From contig DATLPF010000053.1 in NCBI GenBank assembly GCA_035535875.1, positions 681-64,680 on the forward strand: a DNA stretch of 64,000 nucleotides, written 5' to 3'. This stretch comes from Propionibacteriaceae bacterium (GTDB lineage Bacteria > Actinomycetota > Actinomycetes > Propionibacteriales > Propionibacteriaceae). The position numbers and the translations under genes were made by a program. This document shows positions 1-9,102 of the stretch, piece after piece (the stretch's first letter is position 1; every line of letters starts with the position of its first letter). The notes under the pieces are model-generated. The model had not been told where the DNA came from and ran no database searches. It saw only the letters and a list, made by a program, of their open reading frames with translations.

Positions 1-700
1 AGCAGTCCTCCGAGTGGGAATCCCACCAGCACATTTGCTCGTGACAGCGCGAGGTCCTTGACGGTCCAGCCCTCCTCAACAGCGCCCGATGAGAAGAAGA
101 AGACCTCGTACGGCGTCATCGCTGCGCCGAACAGCGCAACCGCATAGAACCAATACGTCGAGATGTGCTCAGTGCTCGTGGCGACACCTTAGACGGCTGT
201 CGCCCTAGTTCGGCCCAGTCCGGCCCGAGCAGGAAGAGCGCCACCGCGAAGCCGATCAAGCAGAGCCCGACAAGGCCGGCGACGTTCTCCATGATCGAGA
301 ACTTCACGCGCCAGATCACCAGCCAGACCGCCACAGCGGCGAACGGTACCCAGAGTAGATAGGAAACGCTGCTGGCCAGCTGGAGCGCCAGGGCCACGCC
401 ACCAATCTCCGCGGTCAGGGTCATTAAGTTGATCATGAAGGAGGCGCCGAGGTTCAGTACCGCGAGCCGGGGGCCAAGCCGCTCACGGATCAGCTCGAAC
501 GTCGCACGGCCGCTCACGGCCGCCACCCTGCCCGACATCTGCGCAAAGATGCAGATGCCGATCACTCCGACCACCACGGCCCAACCGAGTGAGAGCCCGA
601 ACCGCGAGCCAACGACCGCGTTAATCACCAAATCTCCGATATCAAGGAACCCGCCAATTGCGGTCAGGATGCCGAGAGCGAGGCCGAGGACCTTCTTCAT
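1..700 (-). pseudogene. NRAMP-like divalent metal transporter, frameshifted near 190-200, runs off the window edge
   Basis: N-terminus GILTAIGGFLDIGDL plus TM helices. The transporter-like continuation (STYWFYAVALFGAAMTPYEVFFFSSGAVEEGW) lies in a different frame, after a TAA. Confidence 0.75.
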
Positions 701-1130
701 CGGCTGCTTCTGAGCTCGTCCAGCAACCCATCCACCTCGTGAGCGGCCGATTCCAGGTCCGCAGTGCTGTCGACGGCGCCATGCTGCTCCAGCTGGTCGC
801 GACTCGTCAGCCTGGCAGCCACGCCGGCGTGGACTGCAGCCAGCGCGGCATCGCGGTCCGACTCGGTCTGCTCACTGTCGATGCTGACGGGTTCCGGTGC
901 GCGCTCGGCATCCACGATCTGCTCGGCCATGTCGCCGAGCAACATCTCAGTCGCAGCTCGCGTCGATCTCTGCTGGTCGTACAGCAGGATGCCGAGGATG
1001 CTGCTCGCGATGGCGATGTGAGCTTCGCTCAAAGCGTGAATCAGATCCTCTGTGGCTCAGCCTGCTGGCTACACCCGCAAAGCAGGCCAATCGAGAGGAT
1101 CAGCCCGGCTGCCCGCCCCGACACCCGCAC
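697..1130 (-). pseudogene. Putative lipoprotein, frameshifted near 1045-1055
   Basis: AGGAGGGG RBS, then GTG at 1130 and signal peptide ending in lipobox LLCGC, then TGA. A shifted frame continues EDLIHALSEAHIA into the 697..1032 ORF, whose stop overlaps the NRAMP start. Confidence 0.6.
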
Positions 1131-1198
1131 CGATTCCCCTCCTATCGCCCACGGCTGGCCGCGCGGGCTGTCCAAGCGCCGGCCGGAGCACTAGCTAA

Positions 1199-1471
1199 TC
1201 AGTGATTACGCAGCATCGATATCAGTTCGGACTTCTTCTTACCCGAGTAGCCCGAGATGCCGAGTTCCTTGGCCCGCTTGCGCAAGTCTTCGACCTTCCA
1301 GTCGTCGTACGAGCCGGACTTGCCACCCTTCTTACCAACCGAGGATCGGCTGCGCGCCGCCGATGCGTTGGCGATCCGAGCCGCCTTCTCCTTAGACCCG
1401 CCTTGATCACGAATCGCCTCGTATACCTTGTCGTCCTTGACGCTCGGGCCTGGCTTCTTCTTGCCTGGCAT
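1199..1471 (-). CDS. Small basic protein with C-terminal Rho-N-like domain
   Basis: PGPSVKD..YEA.R..G.SKEKAARIAN and W.V.DLRKRAKELGI.GYSGKKKSELI; AAGGAG RBS. Confidence 0.85.
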   Translation of the reverse strand: MPGKKKPGPSVKDDKVYEAIRDQGGSKEKAARIANASAARSRSSVGKKGGKSGSYDDWKVEDLRKRAKELGISGYSGKKKSELISMLRNH

Positions 1472-1483
1472 GATCGTCTCCTT

Positions 1484-2020
1484 TCAGCTGATCTCGCTTT
1501 GACCGTCTGCTGAATGCGTGGACCGGTTGGATCGCAGGATGGGCGGCAGCACGGCAAGGATGATCACGACGAGCAGCATGACACCCGCAGCGACGAGCGC
1601 CGCAGTACGATCCACCACCAGATCGAAGATCAACAGCACCGTCCCGATCAGCATGACTGCTACGCCCGCCAGTGTGATGCGCATGATGATGTGCGCGGTC
1701 TGCACGATGGTCACCTTTGCGCCCCTGCGGAACAAGCCCCGATGCAGGTTCACCGGCGCCAATCCGCATGCGGTCGTCAGCACGGCGGCGATCACGAGAA
1801 CGAGATAGACCCGAATCTGGAAGGTCGTCAGCTCGCCGAACCTCGTCTGGAATGCGATGGTGAGCAAGAATCCTGTGAAGATCTGCGTACCGGTCTGGGT
1901 AACCCGCAACTCCTGCAGGATCTCGTTCCAGTTCCGGTCCATCCGCTCGTTCAGGGACTCGTCGCGGCCGTCCGTCTCGTCGATGTCATCGCTGGCATTC
2001 ACCGGTCGGTTGTCGGTCAT
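1484..2020 (-). CDS. DUF6328-type membrane protein
   Basis: RDES..ER.DRNW.E.LQELRVTQTG.QI.TGFLLT.AF motif followed by TM helices. Confidence 0.85.
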   Translation of the reverse strand: MTDNRPVNASDDIDETDGRDESLNERMDRNWNEILQELRVTQTGTQIFTGFLLTIAFQTRFGELTTFQIRVYLVLVIAAVLTTACGLAPVNLHRGLFRRGAKVTIVQTAHIIMRITLAGVAVMLIGTVLLIFDLVVDRTAALVAAGVMLLVVIILAVLPPILRSNRSTHSADGQSEIS

Positions 2021-2204
2021 TTCACGTCATCACCCCTGCACGGTTGCCAGTTACAGTGTTAAAACCCCGCCGGAGTATTACCCAAACAGGCTTGGGCTGC
2101 CACCTCGGCTACCCCCGGCGCCATCGCTCATACCTCACTCGTGGCATGCTCAGCCCTGGCCCATCTGTCCTCGTCAGACTGGTGGGCCGCCATTTCTCTC
2201 TGCG

Positions 2205-2290
2205 GCTGCTCGCGCATCGCGCAGTGTTGATTGCTCGCTACCGCTCGCTGCGATGTTGGCTTGTTGCCGCCGATTCCCGACGCTCGCAGC
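2205..2290 (+). repeat. Dispersed repeat family A, copy 1
   Basis: Ends GCTGCTCGCGCATCGCGC...CGATTCCCGACGCTCGCAGC match copies at 31328 and 35496; internal module shared with 32874 and 32995. Confidence 0.85.
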
Positions 2291-2301
2291 CGGCACACCA
2301 G

Positions 2302-2703
2302 TCAGGAGTTGCCGACGATGTGCTCGATGATCGCGGTCGTCGAGACCGACGGCGTACGCGGCAGGTACACCACCTGACAGATGTCGTTGAGGTAGTCGAA
2401 CTTGCCTCTCCAGTCATCGCCCATCACCAAGATGTCGGCCTGGTGCTCCAGCACGTAGTCACGTTTCTGCTCGAGGCTTTCCTCGATGAAGACCGCGTCG
2501 ACAGCCTTGACATTGGCAACGATCTCGAGGCGTTCCTCCTGACTGAAGACCGGATTACGACCCTTCTTGGAAAAGTTCAGCCTGTCCGAGGAAACACCCA
2601 CGATGAGCCGGTCACCGAGAGCAGCCGACCGGTTGAGCACGCGTACGTGGCCGACGTGGAATACGTCGAATGTGCCGAAGGTGATGACGGTCTTGCCCGC
2701 CAC
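2302..2703 (-). CDS. Glycerol-3-phosphate cytidylyltransferase-like (TagD family)
   Basis: TFGTFDVFHVGH (HxGH), MGDDW, RTPSVSTT motifs. Confidence 0.9.
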   Translation of the reverse strand: MAGKTVITFGTFDVFHVGHVRVLNRSAALGDRLIVGVSSDRLNFSKKGRNPVFSQEERLEIVANVKAVDAVFIEESLEQKRDYVLEHQADILVMGDDWRGKFDYLNDICQVVYLPRTPSVSTTAIIEHIVGNS

Positions 2704-2812
2704 GGCAACTCCTCCTCTACGCCAGGCCTGTTTCCGCCAACCCTACGGGCACAACGGCCCGTCACTTGAGATCGCTCGCTGACTGAGGCTGCGGAATTTC
2801 AGCCGCAGAAGC

Positions 2813-3478
2813 TCAGTCTGGAGGGCGGGTAAAGACGGCTCGCCAGTGATGCATCCCGGGCGGATCGCGGACCTCTTCCGCGCTCATCAGCTCCAGACCT
2901 TCTACGGCAAACGACTCAATGTCGGTACGGCTGAGTGGCCATGGCGGCCCATCGACCGGTTCATCACCCGCGCCTGCGACGGCTAGCACCACCAGCGTGC
3001 CTCCCGGCGCGACGAAGCGGCCAATGTGGAGGGTGACGGTTGGACGCAGGCGCACGGGCAGCGACTGCGTGGTGTAGGTCTCCACCACAAGATCGAAACG
3101 CTGACGCCACTCCGCCGGCGGATTCAGCAGATCGGCGACCCGGAAATCCACCGGGCTCATTGGGAAGCGGCGCCGTGCCGATTCGATCGCGGATTTCGAG
3201 ATGTCGAAGGCGATCACACGGTATCCATGAGCCGCGAGGAACGCCGCGTCATCGCCCAGTCCCGAACCCACCACCAGCGTGCGGCACCCCGACTTGGTCG
3301 GTTGCTGCTTGACCCACTCGACCAGCAGCGGGTGGGGTGCCCGGCGATCCCACGGCACGATCGCCTGCCCCTGCGCAGCGTCAGCGTAGAGCTGTTCAAA
3401 CCAGCCGGTCGGGTCGCCGTCCCGCAAGGCCTCCCCTGACCGTCGGCGCGCGTCGGCGTCCGGATCCTGTGCCGTCAT
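2813..3478 (-). CDS. Class I SAM-dependent methyltransferase (TPMT-like)
   Basis: VVGSGLGDDA motif I, FDISKSAI, GPPWPLSR; ATG at 3478 chosen as start. Confidence 0.85.
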   Translation of the reverse strand: MTAQDPDADARRRSGEALRDGDPTGWFEQLYADAAQGQAIVPWDRRAPHPLLVEWVKQQPTKSGCRTLVVGSGLGDDAAFLAAHGYRVIAFDISKSAIESARRRFPMSPVDFRVADLLNPPAEWRQRFDLVVETYTTQSLPVRLRPTVTLHIGRFVAPGGTLVVLAVAGAGDEPVDGPPWPLSRTDIESFAVEGLELMSAEEVRDPPGMHHWRAVFTRPPD

Positions 3479-3562
3479 GCCCCTATCCTGGCGGACCACG
3501 GCACAGGCCGAGTGCGCCGGAGCCCGACATTCACCTGTTGCCGGACTTGTCGGCAAGCGAGG

Positions 3563-4792
3563 CTAGCTGAGGTCGTGCAGCGTCAGTTCGAGTTGGTCGA
3601 GACCGTGATCGAGCTGCGCTTCGCTGATCACCAGGGGCGGGGCCAGCCGGAGCGTGGAGCCGTGCGTGTCCTTGGCCAGCACACGGCGCCGGGCCAGCGC
3701 CTCACAGACGTCACGACCGGTGCCGAGACGGGGATCGACGTCAACGCCGGCCCACAAGCCGCGTGAGCGGACCGCGACCACGCCGCGTCCGACCATGCGA
3801 TCCAGCCGCTCCCGCAGCTGAAGGCCTAACTCGGCTGCGCGCTGCTGATAACTGCCGGTCTCCAGCAGCCGGACGACGGCGAGCCCGATCGCGCAGGCGA
3901 GCGCGTTCCCACCGAAGGTGCTGCCGTGCTGGCCCGGTTGCAGTACACCGAGCACGTCATGATCAGCAACGACCGCTGACACCGGCACGAGGCCACCGCC
4001 CAGCGCCTTGCCCAGCAGGTAGACGTCAGCGATGACATTCTCATGCTCCAACGCGAGAGTGCGGCCCGTACGCCCGAGCCCGGACTGGATCTCGTCGGCG
4101 ATGAACAGCACCCGATGCTGACTCGTCAGCTCGCGCACTCCAGCCATGTACCCCGGGGGCGGGATCCGTACGCCTGACTCCCCCTGGATCGGCTCCAGCA
4201 GGACTGCGACGACATCATCGGTGATCGCGTCGCGGAGCGCCTCAAGATCACCGTAAGGCACCGAGACGAAACCCGGGGTGTACGGCCCGAAATGATCATG
4301 CGCCAATGGATCGTCGGAGAAGCTGATGATCGTCGTCGTACGGCCATGGAAGTTGCCGGAGGCAACTATGATCACAGCCCGACCATCTGGCACACCCTTG
4401 ACCTCATAACCCCACTTGCGCGCGACCTTGATCGCGGATTCCACAGCCTCGGCGCCGGTGTTCATCGGCAGTACCATTTCCTTGCCGAGCAACGCAGCCA
4501 GGCTTTCCGCAAAGGGAGCCAGCTGATCATGGTGGAAGGCACGTGACGTCAGCGTGAGTCGCTCGAGCTGCTCCTTGGCGGCGGCTACCAGTGCCGGGTG
4601 ACGGTGTCCGAAGTTCGCAGCCGAGTACGCCGCGAGGAAATCCAGGTACTGCTCACCGTCGGTGTCGGTGAGCACCGCGCCGGATCCGCTTGCTACCACA
4701 ACGTCCAGCGGGTGGTAGTTGTGAGCGACGTGCTCATCCTCGAGATGAAGCAAGTGGCTGGCATGCGTAAGGGTGTGGTCTGTGGTGATCAC
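3563..4792 (-). CDS. rocD: Ornithine aminotransferase
   Basis: AHNYHPL, PMNTGAEAVESAIK, NFHGRT, DEIQSGLGRTG, LGKALGGG, HGSTFGGN. Confidence 0.95.
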   Translation of the reverse strand: MITTDHTLTHASHLLHLEDEHVAHNYHPLDVVVASGSGAVLTDTDGEQYLDFLAAYSAANFGHRHPALVAAAKEQLERLTLTSRAFHHDQLAPFAESLAALLGKEMVLPMNTGAEAVESAIKVARKWGYEVKGVPDGRAVIIVASGNFHGRTTTIISFSDDPLAHDHFGPYTPGFVSVPYGDLEALRDAITDDVVAVLLEPIQGESGVRIPPPGYMAGVRELTSQHRVLFIADEIQSGLGRTGRTLALEHENVIADVYLLGKALGGGLVPVSAVVADHDVLGVLQPGQHGSTFGGNALACAIGLAVVRLLETGSYQQRAAELGLQLRERLDRMVGRGVVAVRSRGLWAGVDVDPRLGTGRDVCEALARRRVLAKDTHGSTLRLAPPLVISEAQLDHGLDQLELTLHDLS

Positions 4793-5811
4793 GATGATGC
4801 TCCTGCCCTTCTTATGTGGTGCTCTTCGCGCACGTCGCGCTGGAAGCTGCTGTCTTCCTCACTCGCTCGCAGGCGGAAAGGCGCTGGCCGCTCGACTCGC
4901 TCGTCGGGCAGCAGCGGCGCGAGTCCGACGCTCGTCGCACGAGTGTTGCGCGCAGGCCTGATCTCCTGGGTGCAACACTTCACGCCGCCACCGCCCTTGA
5001 TCAGCTCGCTGAGATCGACCGAAATCGGCCAGTACCCGGCGGCAGCAAGTCCTTCGCGCAGCTGACGTGCACCCGCAGGGATGAACACGTGCAGCCCGTC
5101 GCTGACCGTATTGAGTCCGAAGGCGTACGCGTCAAGTTCGCTCGCGATGAGAGCATCGGGGAACAGTCCAGCCAGCAGCCGACGACTCCCCTTACTGAAT
5201 GCGTCCGGATAGTACGCAATGTGATCACGCTCGTCATCGAGCACGGCCAGAGCAAGATCGAGATGGAAGAGCCGCGGGTCCACCAGCTCAAGGCTGATCA
5301 CTTCGCGACCCGTCAGCGTGGCAAGCTCACGATGAGCTTCTGGGGTTGTTCGGAAGCCGTAGCCGGCGAGGATGCTCCTCGACAGCACGGCGAAGTCGCC
5401 CTCGGCCTCATTGACGGCGACCGCCGGCTGCGCAGCTCCGCCGCCGTACAAGATGCCGTTCCGCTGATGCCACGCCGCGTGTATCGCGGCTTCTGCCTCG
5501 CGTTCCGGGTTGGCGAATTTGGCCGGCAATGTGCGGCCATCCACCACTGTTGCGCCGTTCGCAGCGAAGACCATGTCTGGCAGGCCGGGCAGCGGCTCCA
5601 AAAGGTCAACTCGATGGCCTGTCGAGCGGTAAGCGTCAACAAGCCCTGACCATTGCCGGACGGCCAGGGCATGGTCTATATGCCCGCTCGGATCCATCCA
5701 CGGGTTGATCGAATAGGCCACGTCGAAATAGGTCGGCGGGCACATCAGATAGTGCCGAAGTTTCGCCCGTCGTACCGGGTGCCCGGCGTGGTTCAGCACT
5801 GTGGTTGTCAC
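4789..5811 (-). CDS. ddaH: Dimethylargininase/amidinotransferase family protein with repeat-derived C-terminal tail
   Basis: YLMCPPTYFDV.YSINPWM, PDMVFAANG, FHLD, KGGGGVKCCT; GTGA overlap with rocD; TACCCT 6 nt before GTG at 5811. Confidence 0.9.
   Translation of the reverse strand: MTTTVLNHAGHPVRRAKLRHYLMCPPTYFDVAYSINPWMDPSGHIDHALAVRQWSGLVDAYRSTGHRVDLLEPLPGLPDMVFAANGATVVDGRTLPAKFANPEREAEAAIHAAWHQRNGILYGGGAAQPAVAVNEAEGDFAVLSRSILAGYGFRTTPEAHRELATLTGREVISLELVDPRLFHLDLALAVLDDERDHIAYYPDAFSKGSRRLLAGLFPDALIASELDAYAFGLNTVSDGLHVFIPAGARQLREGLAAAGYWPISVDLSELIKGGGGVKCCTQEIRPARNTRATSVGLAPLLPDERVERPAPFRLRASEEDSSFQRDVREEHHIRRAGASS
4821..4938 (+). repeat. Degenerate family A repeat inside the ddaH 3' coding region
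   Basis: GCTCTTCGCGCACGTCGCGC...TCGCTCGCAGGCGGAAAG..CCGCTCG...GCGCGAGTCCGACGCTCG is colinear with the reverse complement of 31328..31441. Confidence 0.7.
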
Positions 5812-5875
5812 TCTTGAAGGGTAGGGTCCGAAAGGGCGCAAGTCAGATAGTGTGATCAATGAAACCGAGGAGACT

Positions 5876-6304
5876 GTGTTGCGTCTTGACGAGATCGATC
5901 ACAAGATTCTTGCGCGGCTGACAGACCACGGTCGGGAAAGCTTCGCCATGCTCGGGCATCATGTTGGGCTGTCCACAGCGGCCACCAAGCGACGCGTTGA
6001 CCGGCTCCGGTTAAGCGGTGTGATCCGGCGATTCACGGCCGACATTGAGCCTGCGGCTCTGGGTTGGACGATTGAGGCCTTTGTCGAGGTCTACTGCGAG
6101 GGCCGAGTGCCGCCGGACCGGATGCGCGAAATGGTGAGCACTATCCCCGAAGTTGTTGAGGCGTACACCGTCACCGGCGAAGCAGACGGGATCCTCCGGG
6201 TACGAGCCGCCGACACGGACCACTTCGAGAAGGTGCTCGGTATCATCCGCAACCATCCGGGTGTCTCTCGTACCCGATCTTCGCTGGTTCTCTCCCGACT
6301 CTGA
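5876..6304 (+). CDS. Lrp/AsnC family transcriptional regulator
   Basis: LDEIDHKIL..L...GR, VGLS..A.KRRVDRL, TVTGEAD; divergent from ddaH-rocD; GAGGAG RBS before GTG/TTG. Confidence 0.92.
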   Translation: MLRLDEIDHKILARLTDHGRESFAMLGHHVGLSTAATKRRVDRLRLSGVIRRFTADIEPAALGWTIEAFVEVYCEGRVPPDRMREMVSTIPEVVEAYTVTGEADGILRVRAADTDHFEKVLGIIRNHPGVSRTRSSLVLSRL

Positions 6305-6320
6305 GAACAGTTTCGGATAA

Positions 6321-6388
6321 CGGGGCGGGTTATGCCGCGACTACTATGCGGCACAATCCGCCCCGCCGCTACCAAGCGGCACAATCCG
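6321..6388. repeat. Hairpin repeat family C with an extra arm
   Basis: CGGGGCGGGTTATGCCGC / GCGGCACAATCCGCCCCG stem; GCGGCACAATCCG recurs at 6376 and 53287. Confidence 0.7.
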
Positions 6389-6466
6389 GCACCGTCTTCG
6401 CGTGTCCGGGACGAGACCCGCGGTGTGGAGTGATGCGTTAGGTTCAGCAGATGTGAGGCTGAAGCA

Positions 6467-7348
6467 GTGACCGATACCAGTCCTCCTCTTGAGTCAGGCC
6501 GCCCGGGGGCGGCGGCGCCGGTGCGCAGGATCCGCATCACCGACTTCTACAACGCAAAGCGCCAACACGAGCGCTGGGCCATGCTGACCAGCTACGACCA
6601 GTACACCGCCGAGCTGTTTGACGAGGCCGGCGTCTGGGCATTGCTGGTCGGTGACTCCGCGGCCAACAATGTCTACGCCTACGAAACCACGCTGCCCGTC
6701 ACGGTTGAGGAGCTGCTGCCACTGGTGCGCGCCGTGGTGAAGTCCACGAAACGAGCTTTCGTCATCGCCGACCTGCCCTTCGGTTCGTACGAGGACGGCC
6801 CTTCGCAGGCTCTGGAGACCTCGATCCGCTTCATGAAGGAGGGCGGCTGCCACGCTGTGAAGTTCGAGGGTGGGCGACGCGTAGCTGAGCAGATCCGCAA
6901 GGTGACCGGCGCTGGCATCCCGGTGATGGCGCACATCGGGTTCACTCCTCAGAGCGAACACCAGCTCGGCGGCTATCGGGTGCAAGGCCGCGGCGATGAC
7001 GCGCGGCGGCTGCTGACCGACGCGCACGCCGTCGCGGATGCGGGTGCGTTCGGCGTCGTCTTGGAGATGGTGCCCGGTGACCTGGCTCGACAAGTCACAG
7101 CTGAACTCGACATCCCAACGGTCGGCATCGGTGCCGGCCCGGACTGCGACTCACAAGTCCTCGTCTGGCAAGACATGGCCGGGCTGCGGCGCGGCCGGAT
7201 GCAGCGTTTTGTAAAGCAGTACGCTGATCTGGCCAAGATCATCGGCGACGCGGCCGCCGCGTACGTCGATGATGTCAAGGACGGCACGTTCCCAAGCGAG
7301 CAGCACACGTTCGCTTCAACGATTCCTAGTCTCGAGGGCAGGTCATGA
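6467..7348 (+). CDS. panB: 3-methyl-2-oxobutanoate hydroxymethyltransferase
   Basis: [40 protein letters not shown]-like motif. Confidence 0.96.
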   Translation: MTDTSPPLESGRPGAAAPVRRIRITDFYNAKRQHERWAMLTSYDQYTAELFDEAGVWALLVGDSAANNVYAYETTLPVTVEELLPLVRAVVKSTKRAFVIADLPFGSYEDGPSQALETSIRFMKEGGCHAVKFEGGRRVAEQIRKVTGAGIPVMAHIGFTPQSEHQLGGYRVQGRGDDARRLLTDAHAVADAGAFGVVLEMVPGDLARQVTAELDIPTVGIGAGPDCDSQVLVWQDMAGLRRGRMQRFVKQYADLAKIIGDAAAAYVDDVKDGTFPSEQHTFASTIPSLEGRS

Positions 7349-8208
7349 AGATCGCTCGTAGTGTTGCCGAGTACGCCGCGCTCCGCGGCACCCTCGAGGG
7401 GTCCACAGCCCGACGAGTTGCCTACGTGGCCACGATGGGCGCTCTGCACGACGGACATCGCTCGCTTATCAGGCTGGCCAAGACGCTGGGCGATGTCGTT
7501 GTAATCAGCATCTTCGTCAACCCGCTGCAATTCGGACCGGGCGAGGACTATGCCCGCTACCCACGACCCCTCGAGGACGATCTTCGCGTCTGCGAGGCTG
7601 ACGGCGTCGACATCGTCTTCGTGCCGAGCGTCAGGGATCTATACCCCCCTGGCCGCCAGGTCAGCCTGGACGCCGGCACCCTCGGGTCGGTGCTCGAGGG
7701 ACACTCCCGGCCCGGCCACTTCAACGGAATGCTCACGGTCGTCCTGAAGTTGTTCAACATCATCCGCCCGCACGTCACCGTCTTCGGCGAGAAGGACGCG
7801 CAGCAACTCGCCTGCATTCAGCGAATGGTGACCGACCTGAACATCGCAATAGAGATCATCGGCGCACCGATCGTCCGAGAGCCTGACGGGTTGGCACTGT
7901 CCAGTCGGAATGTCTTCCTCACCGCTAACGAACGCGCCGTGGCGCGAAGCCTTTCCGCCGCGTTGGAGAAAGCGGCAACCCAAAGCTCGGTTCCTGCGGC
8001 CCGAGCGGCGGCGTACGAGGTCTTGGATCGGGCCGAGGCTGAGCCGTGTTTTGAACTGGACTACGCCACAATCGTCAATCCGGCCACGTTCGCTGAAGTG
8101 CCAGATGATCACGTTGGGCTTGCTAGCTTCGTAGTGGCGGCTCGCGTCGGCGAAACGCGCTTGATCGATAACACGACGATCAACTTCGCACCCGCCCTGT
8201 GGGCTTGA
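7345..8208 (+). CDS. panC: Pantoate--beta-alanine ligase
   Basis: [44 protein letters not shown]; ATGA overlap with panB. Confidence 0.96.
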   Translation: MKIARSVAEYAALRGTLEGSTARRVAYVATMGALHDGHRSLIRLAKTLGDVVVISIFVNPLQFGPGEDYARYPRPLEDDLRVCEADGVDIVFVPSVRDLYPPGRQVSLDAGTLGSVLEGHSRPGHFNGMLTVVLKLFNIIRPHVTVFGEKDAQQLACIQRMVTDLNIAIEIIGAPIVREPDGLALSSRNVFLTANERAVARSLSAALEKAATQSSVPAARAAAYEVLDRAEAEPCFELDYATIVNPATFAEVPDDHVGLASFVVAARVGETRLIDNTTINFAPALWA

Positions 8209-8226
8209 CGTACTTGGCGCCGCCCC

Positions 8227-9087
8227 GTGGATCTGGAGACTGCAGCCAACGAGCTCTACGCCCGCTCTCCCGATGAGTTCGTCGAGCGACGGCAACAGCT
8301 CGTTGCGGAGGCCCGACAGGCGGGGGATCGCCAGCTCGCGACGCAGATCGGCAAGCTGCGGCGACCCACCCGCAGTGCTTGGCTGATCAACCTGCTCGCT
8401 CGTGAGGAACCGAACGAGGTCAGCGCGCTCCTCGAACTCGGAGCCGCCCTTCAGGACGCGCAGCAGCGGATGGCCGGGGATGAACTGCGCCAGCTCTCCA
8501 CGCAACGTCGTAAGGCGGTTGACGCGCTGGCGCGGCGGGCAATCGAGCTAGGCCGTGAGCATGGCTACAGTCCGCCGGACGGAGCGGTACAAGAAGCCAG
8601 CCAGACGTTGCAAACAGCGCTAGGCGACCCCGAAATTGCTGAGCTCGTACGCAACGGACGGCTGAGCCAGGCCGTTACGTACGGGGGTTTCGGGCCGACT
8701 GATCTGGCGTCCGCTTTTGGTGCGCCGCCCCCGCCGAAGGCGCCTAGCCGGCCGGCGAAGCAGGCGCCCGCCGAGCCGGCACACGCACTGGATCCGAAGC
8801 AGCGTCGCGCAGCCGAGAAAGCAGCGGCCGAGGCACGGGAACGGGCCGCGACCGCACGTCAAGCCGCTGAGTCAGCGGAGGCGCAGGCAGAAGCGGCCAC
8901 CCAGCACGCGGATGAACAGGCCGACCAGGTCGAGTCGCTCCGCAGCCAACTGCGCCAAGCCGAAGCCGCCGAGCGGGAGGCTCGTGAGGCGGCGCGAGCC
9001 GCGAGGAAGCACTACCAAGAACTCCGCCAAGCCGCCCTCTCAGCCGAGCAGGCGGCAGCTGCTGCGGAACAGGCCCTTGAGGAGTAG
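8227..9087 (+). CDS. Conserved actinobacterial hypothetical protein with C-terminal coiled coil
   Basis: ELY..SPDEFV..R, LRRPT.SAWL.NLL motif; Ala/Glu/Gln-rich helical tail. Confidence 0.8.
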   Translation: MDLETAANELYARSPDEFVERRQQLVAEARQAGDRQLATQIGKLRRPTRSAWLINLLAREEPNEVSALLELGAALQDAQQRMAGDELRQLSTQRRKAVDALARRAIELGREHGYSPPDGAVQEASQTLQTALGDPEIAELVRNGRLSQAVTYGGFGPTDLASAFGAPPPPKAPSRPAKQAPAEPAHALDPKQRRAAEKAAAEARERAATARQAAESAEAQAEAATQHADEQADQVESLRSQLRQAEAAEREAREAARAARKHYQELRQAALSAEQAAAAAEQALEE

Positions 9088-9102
9088 CGGCAAATCACAC
9101 GC

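Noticed and set aside
2781-2818. Hairpin containing CCGCAGAA as a family B copy
   Set aside because: Different geometry and only an 8-nt match; more likely a terminator.
8227-9087. Possible transposase
   Set aside because: No DDE or HUH motifs, terminal repeats or target duplication.
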